The notes under the pieces were generated by a model, which saw only the letters and a program-made list of their open reading frames with translations, had not been told where the DNA came from and made no database searches. Positions 51,201 through 62,261 of a DNA stretch of 64,000 nt are shown in pieces (positions within the stretch are counted from its first letter, which is position 1; the number at the start of each line of letters is the position of its first letter). This DNA comes from Octopus vulgaris. Lineage: Eukaryota. Location: assembly GCA_951406725.2 (NCBI GenBank), contig OX597819.1, positions 94,612,001 to 94,676,000 of the forward strand. Reading direction: 5' to 3'. The translations under genes and the position numbers were made by a program.

Positions 51201-54200
51201 AATACAGATGTCAATAGGATTTGAACTCAGAAAGTAAAGGGCTTTAACTATTATATCACAAGGTCCAGCACTCTATCAATTCTCTATATAATAATGATTT
51301 ATAACATAGACACAATGTAACAAATTTGCAAGGAAGAGTATACAGTGACCCAATACTTAATTACTACTAAATTTTATTGGCCCTGGAAGGATAAAAGACA
51401 AATATTTATACTGGCAGATTTTGAGCAGTAATAGCAATATTACTGATTTCTTTATCTTTGATTGACCTAATAGCCACACACACACAAAAAAAAGATAGAT
51501 GTGTTTACCATACTGGAGGCAGTCGTGCTGCCTTAGTGCTGTTGAGACCCAACTCCAAATCCATTTGGGAATTGGCCACAAGGGCCATCCGGTCATCAGC
51601 AACCTGTAAAAAGACATTTTCAAATATTAAAAATAATTAACAGAAACAAAAGATAAGAGAGGAACGGGATAGAGAGGAGATTGGGAAATAAAAGGAGAGA
51701 AAATGGATGAGAATAGAGAAATAGAATGAAAAAATGTAGAGAAGAGGAAGGAGGAAAGAAAAGAGAGAGAAGACAGGATATTTTTCCTTCAAAGCAAGGT
51801 AATATTTTTCTAACATGCTCTCATCTACATGCATGTAAAAAAAACAAAATATTTATTAGTACTAGGCCTTACAATCTCTGATGTTCTCACATGGCAATAC
51901 TACATATTCCAATGATACTTGAAAGAGAGTGTATGCAGCTTGAAACAAAGAAAGGACAAATTGAAGTATTTGATAAAATTAATGTCACCATAAAATTTTA
52001 AAGCATGTATAACACCATATGAACAAAGAAGGATTAAATAAAATCTATTTTGTCTACTCATTAATGAAAGAGAGGTAGCAATAAAATTTACTAGTATTTG
52101 GAGAAGGGGACTGGGAATTGCCAGACAGATGACAATTGACCAAGACTATCAGAAAAACTAAGGTTCTTCATTAGGGCCACAAAATATTTTATCCTTGATC
52201 AGTTGCTATTTTCTATAAAGCTCACATAAGATACCCACTGGAGTCTTGTTCACATTTAACAAGCAGTGAGCTGTCGCAAACACAAACATCCAATACTGCA
52301 ACCCCAAATAAGGTCATCAACTAACTGACAATGAATCTCTCATCAACAATACTCTTCAAGAGGCACAGCTTCCTCTCTGCCTGTTATTCTATTACTGCAA
52401 CCTCTGTTTTCTGAACTAGCTATCTGCTAAACCATCCCCAACAAAAATCATCTTACTCTCCTACTCCTCCAGTCAACTTTACTCAGATCCAGCACAAAAA
52501 ACTTTAGACAGTCCTTCCTCCCCAGGACTACAATACACTGGAATTTGCAATTGATCAAACAGGACACGAACAATATAAATTTCATATTTAGAAGACCTTC
52601 GAAAATTGAAGACACTGTCCTCTCTTTTCTTGACTAATGACTTGTTCTATCTTCATTGCCATCATACACACAAGCATTCTTCAATGTTCCAATTGTTACT
52701 AACACAGATCATCACCATTTGCCTTGACTTCTGGATTTTACCCTAAATACAGAGTCTGGAGTTAAATAGACTTCCCCAAATCCATGGATTTGATATGAAG
52801 TTTGATATGAAGCAAGGACAATGCTTCATTGAGACATGTTCCAACAGCAACAGAATATGAAAGTTGTTTCAAGTTTCTCTATTGCCAACTTAATCTCCCT
52901 ACATGTGACACAGAGTCACACATAGTAGAACTGGCAGATTCATCAGTCATATACTCTCATATTACAAATATGACAACAGCAAACAAAGCAGACTCTCATC
53001 CGTTGCCTCATGAGGATCTTCCGCTCCCTTGGAATCTTGTTTCTATTTGTTGTGGCCTTGTGCATGCAATCAAGCCCTATGCATAGCACTCATGGAAACT
53101 CACCTCAGCCCTGATATAGAGGATGCAGAAGTATACGTAGCAAAATATGACATACTGTGAACAGACAGAAGGGAAAGGAGCCATGGTGGAGTTGCTGTAT
53201 ACATCCGTGATAACCTCATACCCCAGGTTTTACTGTCATACTCAAATTCAGTATGTGAAACTCTAATTGTATACATAAGACAACACAATATAGTCATATG
53301 CAATACATATTGCCCACCGGATGCTCCAAACCACATAGGCAAGTTTGAAGACTGCCTCACAAGAATTAAAGAAATCCTCATGCAACTGGAGCACCACGTG
53401 AGTATATTTCTTATGGGTGATTTCAACTTCCCCAACATCAAATGGCCCGAAGGACTCATGCTCTCAGGAATGACTCATCGCAAACAAGCATAGTTGTGAT
53501 CTGATGGAGTTCCCTGGCTTTTCAACAATCTAATTGTTGAGTTTGGTCTCCTTCAGAACTTTTCTAAATCTACAGGCTAGTTCTCTATGGGCTGTGGCCT
53601 CTACAAACGTCACTCCTTGATGTTTGTCAGTTTTATACTACGTGTTCGCCCAGTTTGCTTTGTCACAAGTTCTTTGTATCCTATTCCACTCTTTGTTTCT
53701 ATATCTAGGGTAGGTACCACTGGTAACATTACGTACAATGTTATCTAATTTCTTTCTAGTCCCCCTGTATACTTGAACCCTAGCTTTCTGATCATATCCA
53801 GAGAACTGCATGCAGTGCATGAAGTTCTGTATAGAGTTTTTTGTTTCATAGGGTTCGCATAGTGGGGACACATTGTTCATTATCCTAAGACTGCTATCAG
53901 TATGTTAATTTTCATGTTGTGTGACAAAGCTGAGTTCTTGTGAACAACATATTTTGAAGTTATGGGTTTCATGTAATAGGAGTGGAGGAGCTGCACTCTA
54001 TTGTTCACAGTCTCTAACCAAAGTTCAGTATCAAGTACAGGGAGTCTATTGTTGAGATGCTTAGTGGGGTAATCTATAGTTACCTTGATACTTTGGATGA
54101 AGTTAGCTATTTGCTAGATGCTCTCCATTACATTCTTCTCAGTTTCTACACTACCGTCACTAGAACTGGCCCTAACTATGATATTAACGTCATCTACATA

Positions 54201-54754
54201 TCTACTGTAGAGTAGAAGAGTTGTGAACTGTTCTGCTAACATTTGTTTAAGTTTTCTGTCCCACCAGGTCATGAAGAGGCTGGCCACATCTCCAGCTACA
54301 CCAACACCAATGGCTACACCTTGAACCTGCATGTATAGTTTTTTGTTAAAATTTACTACGTGGTTGTTCAAGGTGGTTTTTACACTGGCTGCTGTTGCTT
54401 GTGCAATCATTTCTTTCACCAGATTGTTGTTCTCAGGATTTTGAGTGGGTGCAGTCCAGCTACTCCAGTGCTCTGTGATGCTTTTCTTCACCGCTGAAGT
54501 GATGGTGAGTGGTCTTCCCCTCTGTGACCTGGTGGGGCAGAATCTATTCAGGTCATGGTCATCTAAATAGTTACTGTCATAGCTTAGTCTGAGGAAGAGG
54601 CCCAGCTCCCTTGTGTTGACCTTACGCAACTCCACTTCACTCTCACAGATTACCTGATATATATATATACATATCATCATCATTTAATGCCCGTTTTCCA
54701 TGCTAGCATGGGTTGGGCAGTTTGACTGGGGTCTGATATATATATATGTATATA

Positions 54755-54809
<55 letters not shown>

Positions 54810-54864
54810 ATGTATATATGTGTGTGTGTGTATATATATGTGCATATGTGTGTGTGTATATATA

Positions 54865-54915
<51 letters not shown>

Positions 54916-56641
54916 ATGTAATATTTACTATTAAATGTAATAGTAATATTTACTATTTTGCACATTACTTAATCATTGTTATATGTTTTATCTTATATTT
55001 AATCTTTCTATAATATCTAATCTTTCTAAATGGTATAATTTAATTTTTCATTATTGAATTGATAAAAAGTGTTTTTTTTCTAATTTTATCATCATCATTT
55101 AACGTCCAATTTCCATGCTAACATGGGTTGGACGATTTTTGACTGAGGGCTGGCAAACCAGATGGCTGCACCAGGCCCCAATTTTGATCTGGCAAAGTTT
55201 CTACAGCTGGATGCCCTTTTTAATGCCAACCACTCTGAGAGTGTAGTGGGTGCTTTTTAAGGAGGCCAGTCAGGCTGTACTGGCAATGACCTCACTCGAA
55301 TCTCGATATATATATATATATGTTGGATCGTTAGCCCCTACACGCATTTTTTTCTCTCCTTGTTTCTTTTCTGTGTATCTTTCTGTCAAAGAGCGTAGGC
55401 TTGAAATGTAAAAGACTTGTTTTATTTCTATTCCTGAGCGCCATACTAATACATTGTTTGTTTGTACTCCACCTGCCTTCGTCTTTTGTTTATTTTCGTA
55501 AACCTTCCCATTATATATATATATATGCATAGAAGTCAGGCAGTAGTAGCTATGAAAACACAAATAGTGAGCGATGTTCCACAAGGCACTCTCTTGGGAC
55601 CACTGCTTTTTATAGTGGCCCTCTCAGACATACCCTCAAGAACTCAGATAGCCACTCTTGCAAGCTATGCAGACAATACGAAAGTCTCACAGAAAATACA
55701 TAACCCCAGCGATGTTGCACATTTGCAGCAGGAGTTGGACTCAATTTACTGATGGGCTGAGGATAATAATATGCAGTTTAATGCTGAAAAATTCCAAGCC
55801 TTGTGCTACCAGCGTCCAAAACTGAATATGAAACTTACAGGGTACACTGGTCCACAGGGAATTTCAATCCCAGAACCTAAATCAGTGAGGGATCTGGGTA
55901 TTGACATGAGTGATGATACCTCTTTCCAAGTGAACATTACCAGGATGGTGACAAAGTGCAGACGACTGCCTGGATGGATCCTGAGAACATTCAGAACCAG
56001 AGATAAGGAAACCATGATGGTCCTCTGGAGGACATTCGTCCTTAGCTACCTGGATTACTGCTCAGAGCTATGGTCACCCAACAGTGTGAAATTAACAGCG
56101 GACCTTGAAGCAATCCAGAGAAGATTCACAAAGAAGATCGTCCCTTTGCAACTGCTCAGCTACTGGGAAAGGGTGAAACAGCTAAGACTCTACTCTCTGG
56201 AGAGAAGGTGGGAGACGTATGCAGTAATATACATCTGGAAGATTCTGGAAGGAATTGTGCCAAATTTCGGTACTGAAAGCTACACCAATGCCAGAATGGG
56301 ACGACAGTGCATAGTGCTAAAGATCCCAGCAATGCCATTGCACTTCAGGACCAGTTACTGCAACAGCCTGGGTTTCAAGGTCCCACAGCTTTTTAATATT
56401 CTCTCAAAGTGCCTGAGGAACCTGCACATAGTAGATGTAGGCATTTTTAAATCAAAGCTGGACCTCTTCCTGTCAAGAGTCCCAGATGAACCTACATCAT
56501 GGCAAGAGGTACAAATGAGGGTAGCTATATCAAACTCCATTCTTCACCAAGTGCCACATATTGGAGGAGGCTCTCAGTATAGCAAAACGACGGTGCATCA
56601 GCATGGCCACAGCTCTGAGCTGCAACTACAGGAAAGAAAAA

Positions 56642-56672
<31 letters not shown>

Positions 56673-57905
56673 TATGCATATATATATTCTTTTATTTGTT
56701 TCAGTCATTTGACAGCGGCTATGCTGGAGCACCGACTTTAGTTGAATGAATCAACCCCAGGACTTCTAGTGGGGTGACAGACCCAGACACACAAACACAT
56801 ACACACACATATATATGTACATATATATTTATATGACAGGCTTCTTTCAGTTTCCATTTCCAGATACAAGGCTGTGATTGGCCTGAAGCTACAGTAGGAA
56901 ACACTAGTCGAAGGTGCCATGCAGTGGGACTGAACCCGGAAGCACATGGTTGGTAACTAAGCTAGGCAAGACTTCTGCCCCACCCCAAAAAACCACCTTT
57001 TTAAAAGAATTTTTGTTTTTTCGACACAAACTAGTGAATACAAATCTGCAAAAAAACTGGCAAAACTTAACATTTCTAAATTACCACCCCTCACCCCCAT
57101 TTCCTTCATTTTTCACTTTTTCCAGAATTTTTTTCAAAATATGAGGTAAAATACGGAGATTATGATTCGGACAAAAATTTCCAAAAATTTTTGTAGAATT
57201 TTTTTCTAAATTTGCAGAAAAATATGGACATTATGATTCGGACAAAAATTTCAAAACATTTCTGTACTAACGGTTATGGTTTTAGGACTAGGGTTTTAGG
57301 GTTAGGGTTTTAAGGTTAGTGTTGGGGAAAAAAGTCAAAATTGAAGAAGTTGGGGCGGGGGGAACTTCACAATGCCGATTTTTGGCAATTTTCCGAGACC
57401 TTTGTATCAGAAAACGGGGATTTTTGGTAAAAAAAATTTTTTTAATAAACAAATTTGGGAGAAAATGGAGGTGGGGAGGACGGAAGTCTTTCCGTAACCT
57501 ACTTACCATACAGCCACTCCTGTGCCTATACATAATATATATTATATATAATTTATATATGTATATATATTTGTATATATAATATATATAACCGAGGAGT
57601 GGCTGTGTGATAAGTAGCTTGTTTACCAACCACTTGGTCCCAGGTTCAGTCCCACTGTGTTGCGCCTTGGGCGAGTGTCTTCTACTATGGCCTCGGGCCG
57701 TCCAAAGCATTGTGAGTGGATTTGGTAGACGGAAACTGAAAGAAGCCAGCCGGTGAAGACATTATTTCGGCCTAGCTAAGGCAATCTCGCAAATGTAAAA
57801 CTGCTGTCAGAGAAAAGTTCTGTTGTAGTGTTAATTTAAATTTGGCTATGGTGGATCGAATCCGCTTCATGCCTGAAAGATCCTACATATCTATGTCTGT
57901 ATATG

Positions 57906-57939
<34 letters not shown>

Positions 57940-58109
57940 TCCTTCACCATTGTTTGACAACCGATGTTGGTGTGTTTACCTCCCCGTAACTTAGCGGTTC
58001 AGCAAAAATCCCGATAGAATAAGTACTAGGGTTACAAAGAATAAGTCCTGGGGTCGATTTGTTCAACTAAAAGCGGTGCATGGCCGCAGTCAATGACAAA
58101 CAAATGAAG

Positions 58110-58150
<41 letters not shown>

Positions 58151-59298
58151 CTTGAGGGTAACATAACCTTTGAAAATATCAAATATTGATTAAATAACGT
58201 GAAGCAGCGGTTTAACATGGCAAGCGCAACAAAAATGCAGCTCTTTAATTCCTGGAATTATTGTTGACTAATGTAATTTAGATCATAAAATAAGAAAGAT
58301 ATAAGAAATATTTCTTTTCAAATCAAGAAAAAAAAAAAAAGAACATACACAAATATTATTGCGCATATGTGAGTAACAGAAATATTTATCAGATTCGTTA
58401 TAATATATAGCAAATGTTTATAACACAGAGTGCCTCTACGTGGTCGCTTAAGCTTTTGAAAAGAACAGTCAAACTCTCCAAATGAAACACTACCTAGAAA
58501 AAAATACAATAAAATATAAAATGAATAAATAATAGGTAACATTAAATAATGTAGTCCTACATATCCTTCAAAAAACATGATGGTCACGGCAAAAATGCCT
58601 TTCCTCATATCGTAGTTATTCGATCAGTGTTGATTGTGAGCTAAACAACTGTTTGATAGAGGGTTAAAAAAAACAAACAATTTTTTTTGTCTTACGATTT
58701 AGCATATGACTTAGGTTATTTACTATCTAGGTTAAACAAATCTAGTCACACTTATGAATATAATTTGCTTAAGGGCTAATTGCAACAAGCTGTTTTAAAG
58801 AGCTCTGCCAATTTAAATATGTAGTGGGTTTTTTTTTAATTATCACACATCCGTATTTGTGCGTGTATATATATATATATATATGTTCATTTTGAATTGA
58901 TAAAAGGTGTTTTTTCTAATATATATATATATATATATGCATACACACGTAGGAGATTAGTTACCACTGAAGATTCGTCTATGATAAAATTCATAGAGAG
59001 TAACGATAACGTTGAAAACAAGGAAATAAACGGTATTTAGGCAAGAATGATATCCAGGAAATATCATCTCTACGCAGTTCCTAAAATCCAGGTAAATTTC
59101 CATTACAAAATCTAAAAACAAACAAAAAAAATCACACCTAGTTTTGTTCTTATTATTTCATCTTTCTTCCTTAACACATTTTCTCAAGTCAATAAATAAT
59201 ACATAGAATTAATCGAAGAGGGGAACACTACGTAGATAGATATCTAGGAAGGATAAACCAAAGAAAACCAATCTGCTTCCTTTATAATTAGACAATTA

Positions 59299-59361
<63 letters not shown>

Positions 59362-60959
59362 GTAATTTTTAATAAATCATTTTACTAATCTTTATTTGAA
59401 GAAATAGCAAAGCTGTTCGATTAGAACAAGTGTTGCAGCTTAGAATATCAGAACGTCACACATGCCAAGGAAAATTCAAGCGTTCGACGAGGAGAATAGA
59501 AACATGTTTGATTTAAATACAATGTATTTATATGTTTGGTAATCATGGAAGTAAACTTGACGGTCTGTTTTAATATTTACCAATGGATCAAATAAATTTA
59601 AGGAGAAACAAGTTTGCTGGATTAGACATTGCTTTTTATACTTTCAGTATCAATAACATTTTGAATCTATAATTCAATCGACTATAATATGTTACCTATA
59701 AATCTGGCTTAGAAGTAGGTTACAATAAATCATCATCGTTTTTATGCTATGTTATCGACACACCTTTTCGACTTTCTCATAATTATTAATTTTGTTTTTC
59801 TCAGAAAGTTTATTCAAATTTGTAGCCCTGTCCCTGCTTTGGAATATTTTTAAAACCCTAGAAAATCATGTAAACTTCACAATTAATCTGTTGTGATCAT
59901 TATTATTAGGTGGAAGATTAATTGATAGTCAAAATACATAGCGATATTTGCTCCAGCTCTTTACGTTTTAAGTTCAAATCTCGCTGAGGTCAACTTTGCC
60001 TTTCACCTTTCCACGGTCGATCATATGAAGTACCAGGCAGTTAATCATCTAACTGATCCTTTCAATTGTGTGGCCTTATGCTTATGTTAGAATGGATTGG
60101 CACAATCGTTAGGGCGTTGGTTTTTAGTTTATTGGCTCCCTAAACTCTGAAATGAAATCCCGACGAGGTGAACTTTACCTCTCGACTTTTGGGGGTTGAT
60201 GAATTAAAAAAGTCAAATACTGAGGCAATTTAATCGACTAACTTTCACCCTTCGCAGAATAGTTAAAGGAATCGGACAAAATGCTTTTACAATTATTCCG
60301 GCTTTTTACGTTCCAATCCTGCAGAGGTCAACACCCTCATTAAGTACCAGTCTCGTACTGGAGGCCATTTATTGGACTGACCCTCCTCCCAAATTTCTAG
60401 CCTTGTGCCTACATTAGAAACAATTATTACTATGATTTGCAATTAAATAATTATTTATTGTTATTACTGACCAAATTTATTCACGCAATTAGAAATATTG
60501 CAATGGGTCCAACGTATATGAACATTTAATTAATGTAAAAAATATATTTTTAAAAACCATATGGATAAGCTTTGAGAGAATTATAAGGAAAATGCTAGTG
60601 AGTGTTATGTTGGTGCAAAAACTGTGAGTTACAAGCCTGTTGTAAAATGACAAGTAAGGATTATAAAGTTGCATGTAATATGTAACTGCAATGATCAAGA
60701 TGCATTCACTGCAGGCAGCAACAGCAACTAATGGTTGCTGAGTGTGTGATAGGGGGGTAAGTGGGTAAGGGAAACTATTAAATTAAGTTCAAGCGTGTTG
60801 TCATCAATGAGAGAACTAGAGTAGTTGGGAATCATCACTGTATCATAAGCAGCAAGAACTGGAGGTTGAATTACTCACTTGTTCGGAAAATATATGTCGA
60901 CTTTGAAGTGCATTATTCCGCATTAATATAAAAACTTCAGTTAAACTCCGAGTAGCCAT
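31017..60959 (-). CDS. STX16: Syntaxin-16 (Golgi/TGN Qa-SNARE), complete, 8 coding exons, 311 aa
   Basis: Exons 60959-60879, 51603-51509, 39752-39700, 37961-37855, 35421-35259, 33443-33334, 31932-31789 and 31199-31017 are all GT-AG and phase-compatible. Protein has the N-peptide [37 protein letters not shown], the SNARE motif [31 protein letters not shown] and a C-terminal transmembrane anchor. Confidence 0.96.
31789..31932 (-). CDS. STX16: STX16 exon 7 (first half of the SNARE motif)
   Basis: tttgtag|[13 protein letters not shown]...DLSTMIVDQ|gtcagt. Confidence 0.95.
33334..33443 (-). CDS. STX16: STX16 exon 6
   Basis: atgacag|[15 protein letters not shown]...EEIYDK|gtaaga. Confidence 0.93.
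33517..33568. repeat. (TG)n microsatellite
   Basis: Direct reading. Confidence 0.95.
34810..35150 (+). mobile_element. Young RTE-family 3' end
   Basis: GGCACGTAAAAAGCACC modules plus tail CGTTAAACGATGATGATGAT; CpGs are retained. Confidence 0.85.
35259..35421 (-). CDS. STX16: STX16 exon 5
   Basis: tttcag|IFTHCQ...[11 protein letters not shown]|gtaagt; 163 nt. Confidence 0.95.
36844..37400 (-). mobile_element. Young RTE-family 3' end, inverted relative to 34810-35150
   Basis: (CAT)n TTAACGTCCGC...; same sequence as 34810-35150 in the opposite orientation. Confidence 0.85.
37855..37961 (-). CDS. STX16: STX16 exon 4
   Basis: ttgtag|[37 protein letters not shown]|gtctgt. Confidence 0.95.
39700..39752 (-). 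CDS. STX16: STX16 exon 3
   Basis: catcag|[19 protein letters not shown]|gtaagt. Confidence 0.95.
40200..41260 (-). mobile_element. Old RTE LINE ORF2 fragment
   Basis: Minus-strand remnants [13 protein letters not shown] and [15 protein letters not shown]; boundaries approximate. Confidence 0.6.
41940..42180 (+). mobile_element. SINE, third family, 5'-truncated copy
   Basis: Homologous to 49935-50262. Confidence 0.75.
43240..44010 (+). mobile_element. Head-to-tail cluster of decayed tRNA-SINE copies
   Basis: At least four repeats of the GTCAAC.TT..TTT.ATC.TT.GGG..GATAAAATA.AGTA core. Confidence 0.7.
45700..47150 (-). mobile_element. Highly decayed LINE ORF2-like fragment
   Basis: Run of broken minus-strand ORFs with weak endonuclease/RT-like remnants (e.g. 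SGTVTPEF); clade not assignable. Confidence 0.35.
47160..47750 (-). mobile_element. Three tandem tRNA-SINE copies
   Basis: Repeated GATGAAAGG.AAAG..ACC..G..GAATTTGAAC. Confidence 0.75.
47815..48890 (+). mobile_element. 5'-truncated RTE (BovB-like) LINE: ORF2 C-terminus plus modular 3' UTR
   Basis: MLHSSETWA...RRLR*YGHVARM...[17 protein letters not shown], then tandem modules and an (ATG)n tail. Confidence 0.9.
49935..50262 (+). mobile_element. tRNA-derived SINE, third family, full length
   Basis: A box TGGCTCAGTGG, B-box-like GAGTTTGATTC, then CTTGAGCAAGACACTT core. Confidence 0.8.
50270..51430. mobile_element. Cluster of decayed tRNA-SINE copies in both orientations
   Basis: Repeated core motif; plus-strand copies to about 51000, minus-strand copies 51110-51430. 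Confidence 0.65.
51509..51603 (-). CDS. STX16: STX16 exon 2
   Basis: tttacag|[33 protein letters not shown]|gtaaac. Confidence 0.95.
52100..53490 (+). mobile_element. CR1-like LINE 5' part (ORF1 remnant and APE endonuclease)
   Basis: IALMETHL...DR....[10 protein letters not shown]...YCPPD...[14 protein letters not shown] at 53083-53450 with an internal stop; left boundary approximate. Confidence 0.8.
53490..54657 (-). mobile_element. Penelope-like element RT fragment
   Basis: [11 protein letters not shown]...ASLFMTWWD...YSRYVDD, then SIKVTIDYP...RLPVLD...YYMKP and SGY, followed by the linker IVEKPG; stops and frameshifts. Confidence 0.85.
54737..54911. repeat. Compound (TA)n/(TG)n microsatellite
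   Basis: Direct reading; source of several spurious ORFs. Confidence 0.95.
55088..55300 (-). mobile_element. RTE-family 3' end
   Basis: (CAT)n TTAACGTCC...CATGGGTTGGACG...GTGTAGTGGGTGCTTTT. Confidence 0.75.
55527..56630 (+). mobile_element. CR1-like LINE RT and C-terminus, inactive
   Basis: [12 protein letters not shown]...YADNTK (catalytic D to N), in-frame TGA at 55750-55752, then MQFNAEK...RDLGI...[10 protein letters not shown]...[10 protein letters not shown]...LYSLERR. Confidence 0.9.
56690..57522 (-). mobile_element. tRNA-derived SINE (second family) interrupted by a MITE
   Basis: SINE sequence resumes at 57502 (CTTACCATACAGCCACTCC) after the insertion at 56965-57493. Confidence 0.8.
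56965..57493. mobile_element. Non-autonomous TIR element with internal telomere-like repeats
   Basis: TIRs GGCAAGACTTCTGCCCC / GGACGGAAGTCTTTCC; degenerate 8-bp TSD ctaagcta/gtaaccta. TTAGGG-like tract at 57272-57320; internal direct repeat ATTATGATTCGGACAAAAATTTC occurs twice. Confidence 0.8.
57596..58110 (+). mobile_element. tRNA-derived SINE (second family)
   Basis: GGAGTGGCTGTGTG..AAG (A box), GGTTCAGTCCC (B box), core, internal (TG)n and family 3' end. Confidence 0.85.
59303..59358. repeat. (TA)n microsatellite
   Basis: Direct reading. Confidence 0.95.
59905..60425 (+). mobile_element. Three tandem decayed tRNA-SINE copies
   Basis: Repeated GAGGT.AAC core. Confidence 0.65.
60879..60959 (-). 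CDS. STX16: STX16 exon 1 (N-peptide that binds VPS45 in studied orthologues)
   Basis: [27 protein letters not shown]|gtgagt. Confidence 0.95.
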
Positions 60960-61039
60960 GGTTGGGCGTTGGGGAGGTTTGAGAAATGGAAGAATTTAGT
61001 CGGACTCAAGTGTCACCGGTAAACAAACAGACATCCCAT

Positions 61040-61180
61040 ATCCACCATGTTTGCTGACGTCATGTATAAGCGTAGGTGGACAGACAAAACTAAGCTACAC
61101 ACATCTGCTATTCTGTGCACAACAGACGTAGCTAAACGATAATGTTTATATGCCGGGCACGTGGGCGGGCACTCACCAGC
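61040..61180. promoter_or_regulatory. Putative STX16 proximal promoter / 5' region
   Basis: Locally CpG-richer, 95-210 bp upstream of the ATG. Full CRE palindrome TGACGTCA at 61055-61062; CACGTG at 61158-61163 overlapping a GC box GGGCGG at 61163-61168. Confidence 0.45.
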
Positions 61181-62261
61181 TGACATTAATGCAAAAAATG
61201 TTCTAATTTATTCAGTGAAAAGACAATCCCAAGTACTGTAGTCGGGATTAACCTTGAGTTATTTAATAATTCTAGAACATCACATCACATTACATAATTG
61301 AATATATATATATATATAGTTTCCTGTTCCGTTAAGGTAGGATCATAAAAAAAGGTACTCCATCCAGTGAAAGATAAATATCATTTAATATACACAATAT
61401 TAAAATAAGAGCTACTAATAGTTTCTTGTCATGGAGACACCGTAATTAGGCAAGCAATCTTTAGGCACAGGGCATACCTAATTACAGTGTCTCCATGGCA
61501 AGAAAGCATTATTGGCTGCTATTTTATATTGTGTACATTAAATTTGACATACACATACGCACCACACGCACACACATATGCGCGCACAATACACACACGC
61601 ATATATATTTCCCTTCAATCTGTTGTTGACACTTCTCGCGAACAATATCTTTCTCGTGATATTTATATATCAGGGGGGAAAGGTCTCCTGTATTTATATT
61701 AGGATTTTGAATTGCTTTTAAAAGAACGATTTGAGAAAAGTAGCTGATATTCGAAATATGATACAAACGAACCCAAAGGTTCAGTCTACACTAAACTATT
61801 TCAATAACAATAATAAATTTCTTCTTTTAGATATAAAATCACAAATCTATACAAGCGGGAGTGACGCAACTGATACAATATCAGCCTATTTCTTGTATTA
61901 TGTTACTGAATCTTGAAGTATCAGAGAGAAATCAGCAACAGGATGGTTTGAACAGGATACCGATGGGACAAACTAGACAATAGTAAAGTATTTAGTCCAG
62001 CGCTCTATTTCGGACGTTTTCACTAACAAATGCGGATCCACAAAGGATTCGAAATAGAACGTAACCATGTACATTACAGAGCTGCCTTAGAAGCATCTTA
62101 AGCCCTCGGGCAAATGAATCCCTGGGCCCTGTAGTATATATTTATTGACAGCAAATCACATCATATATATAGAGCCCCTAGGCAACTGACCTATGAGCCC
62201 ATGCCTTAAGATGGCACTGTGATAATAGTTCACACAAATACAAAATAGGAATAGTACAGAT

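Noticed and set aside
54680-55013. YI/CV/HT-rich ORFs
   Set aside because: Translations of TA/TG microsatellites.
55771-56712. 313-aa ORF as a host gene
   Set aside because: It is the CR1 ORF2 C-terminus, preceded by an in-frame stop and a mutated YADD motif.
57272-57320. True telomere or chromosome-fusion relic
   Set aside because: Short, degenerate, single orientation and enclosed in a TIR element.
58485-58510. Recursive splice site or microexon (TTTTTTTCTAG|GTAGTG on the minus strand) in STX16 intron 1
   Set aside because: Weak donor in a 9-kb intron; expected by chance in AT-rich DNA.
60843-60878. Extension of STX16 exon 1 (VSNSTSSS) resembling the human long-isoform insert
   Set aside because: It reaches TGA after 11 codons with no convincing downstream donor; the similarity is probably due to the GTGAGT donor itself.
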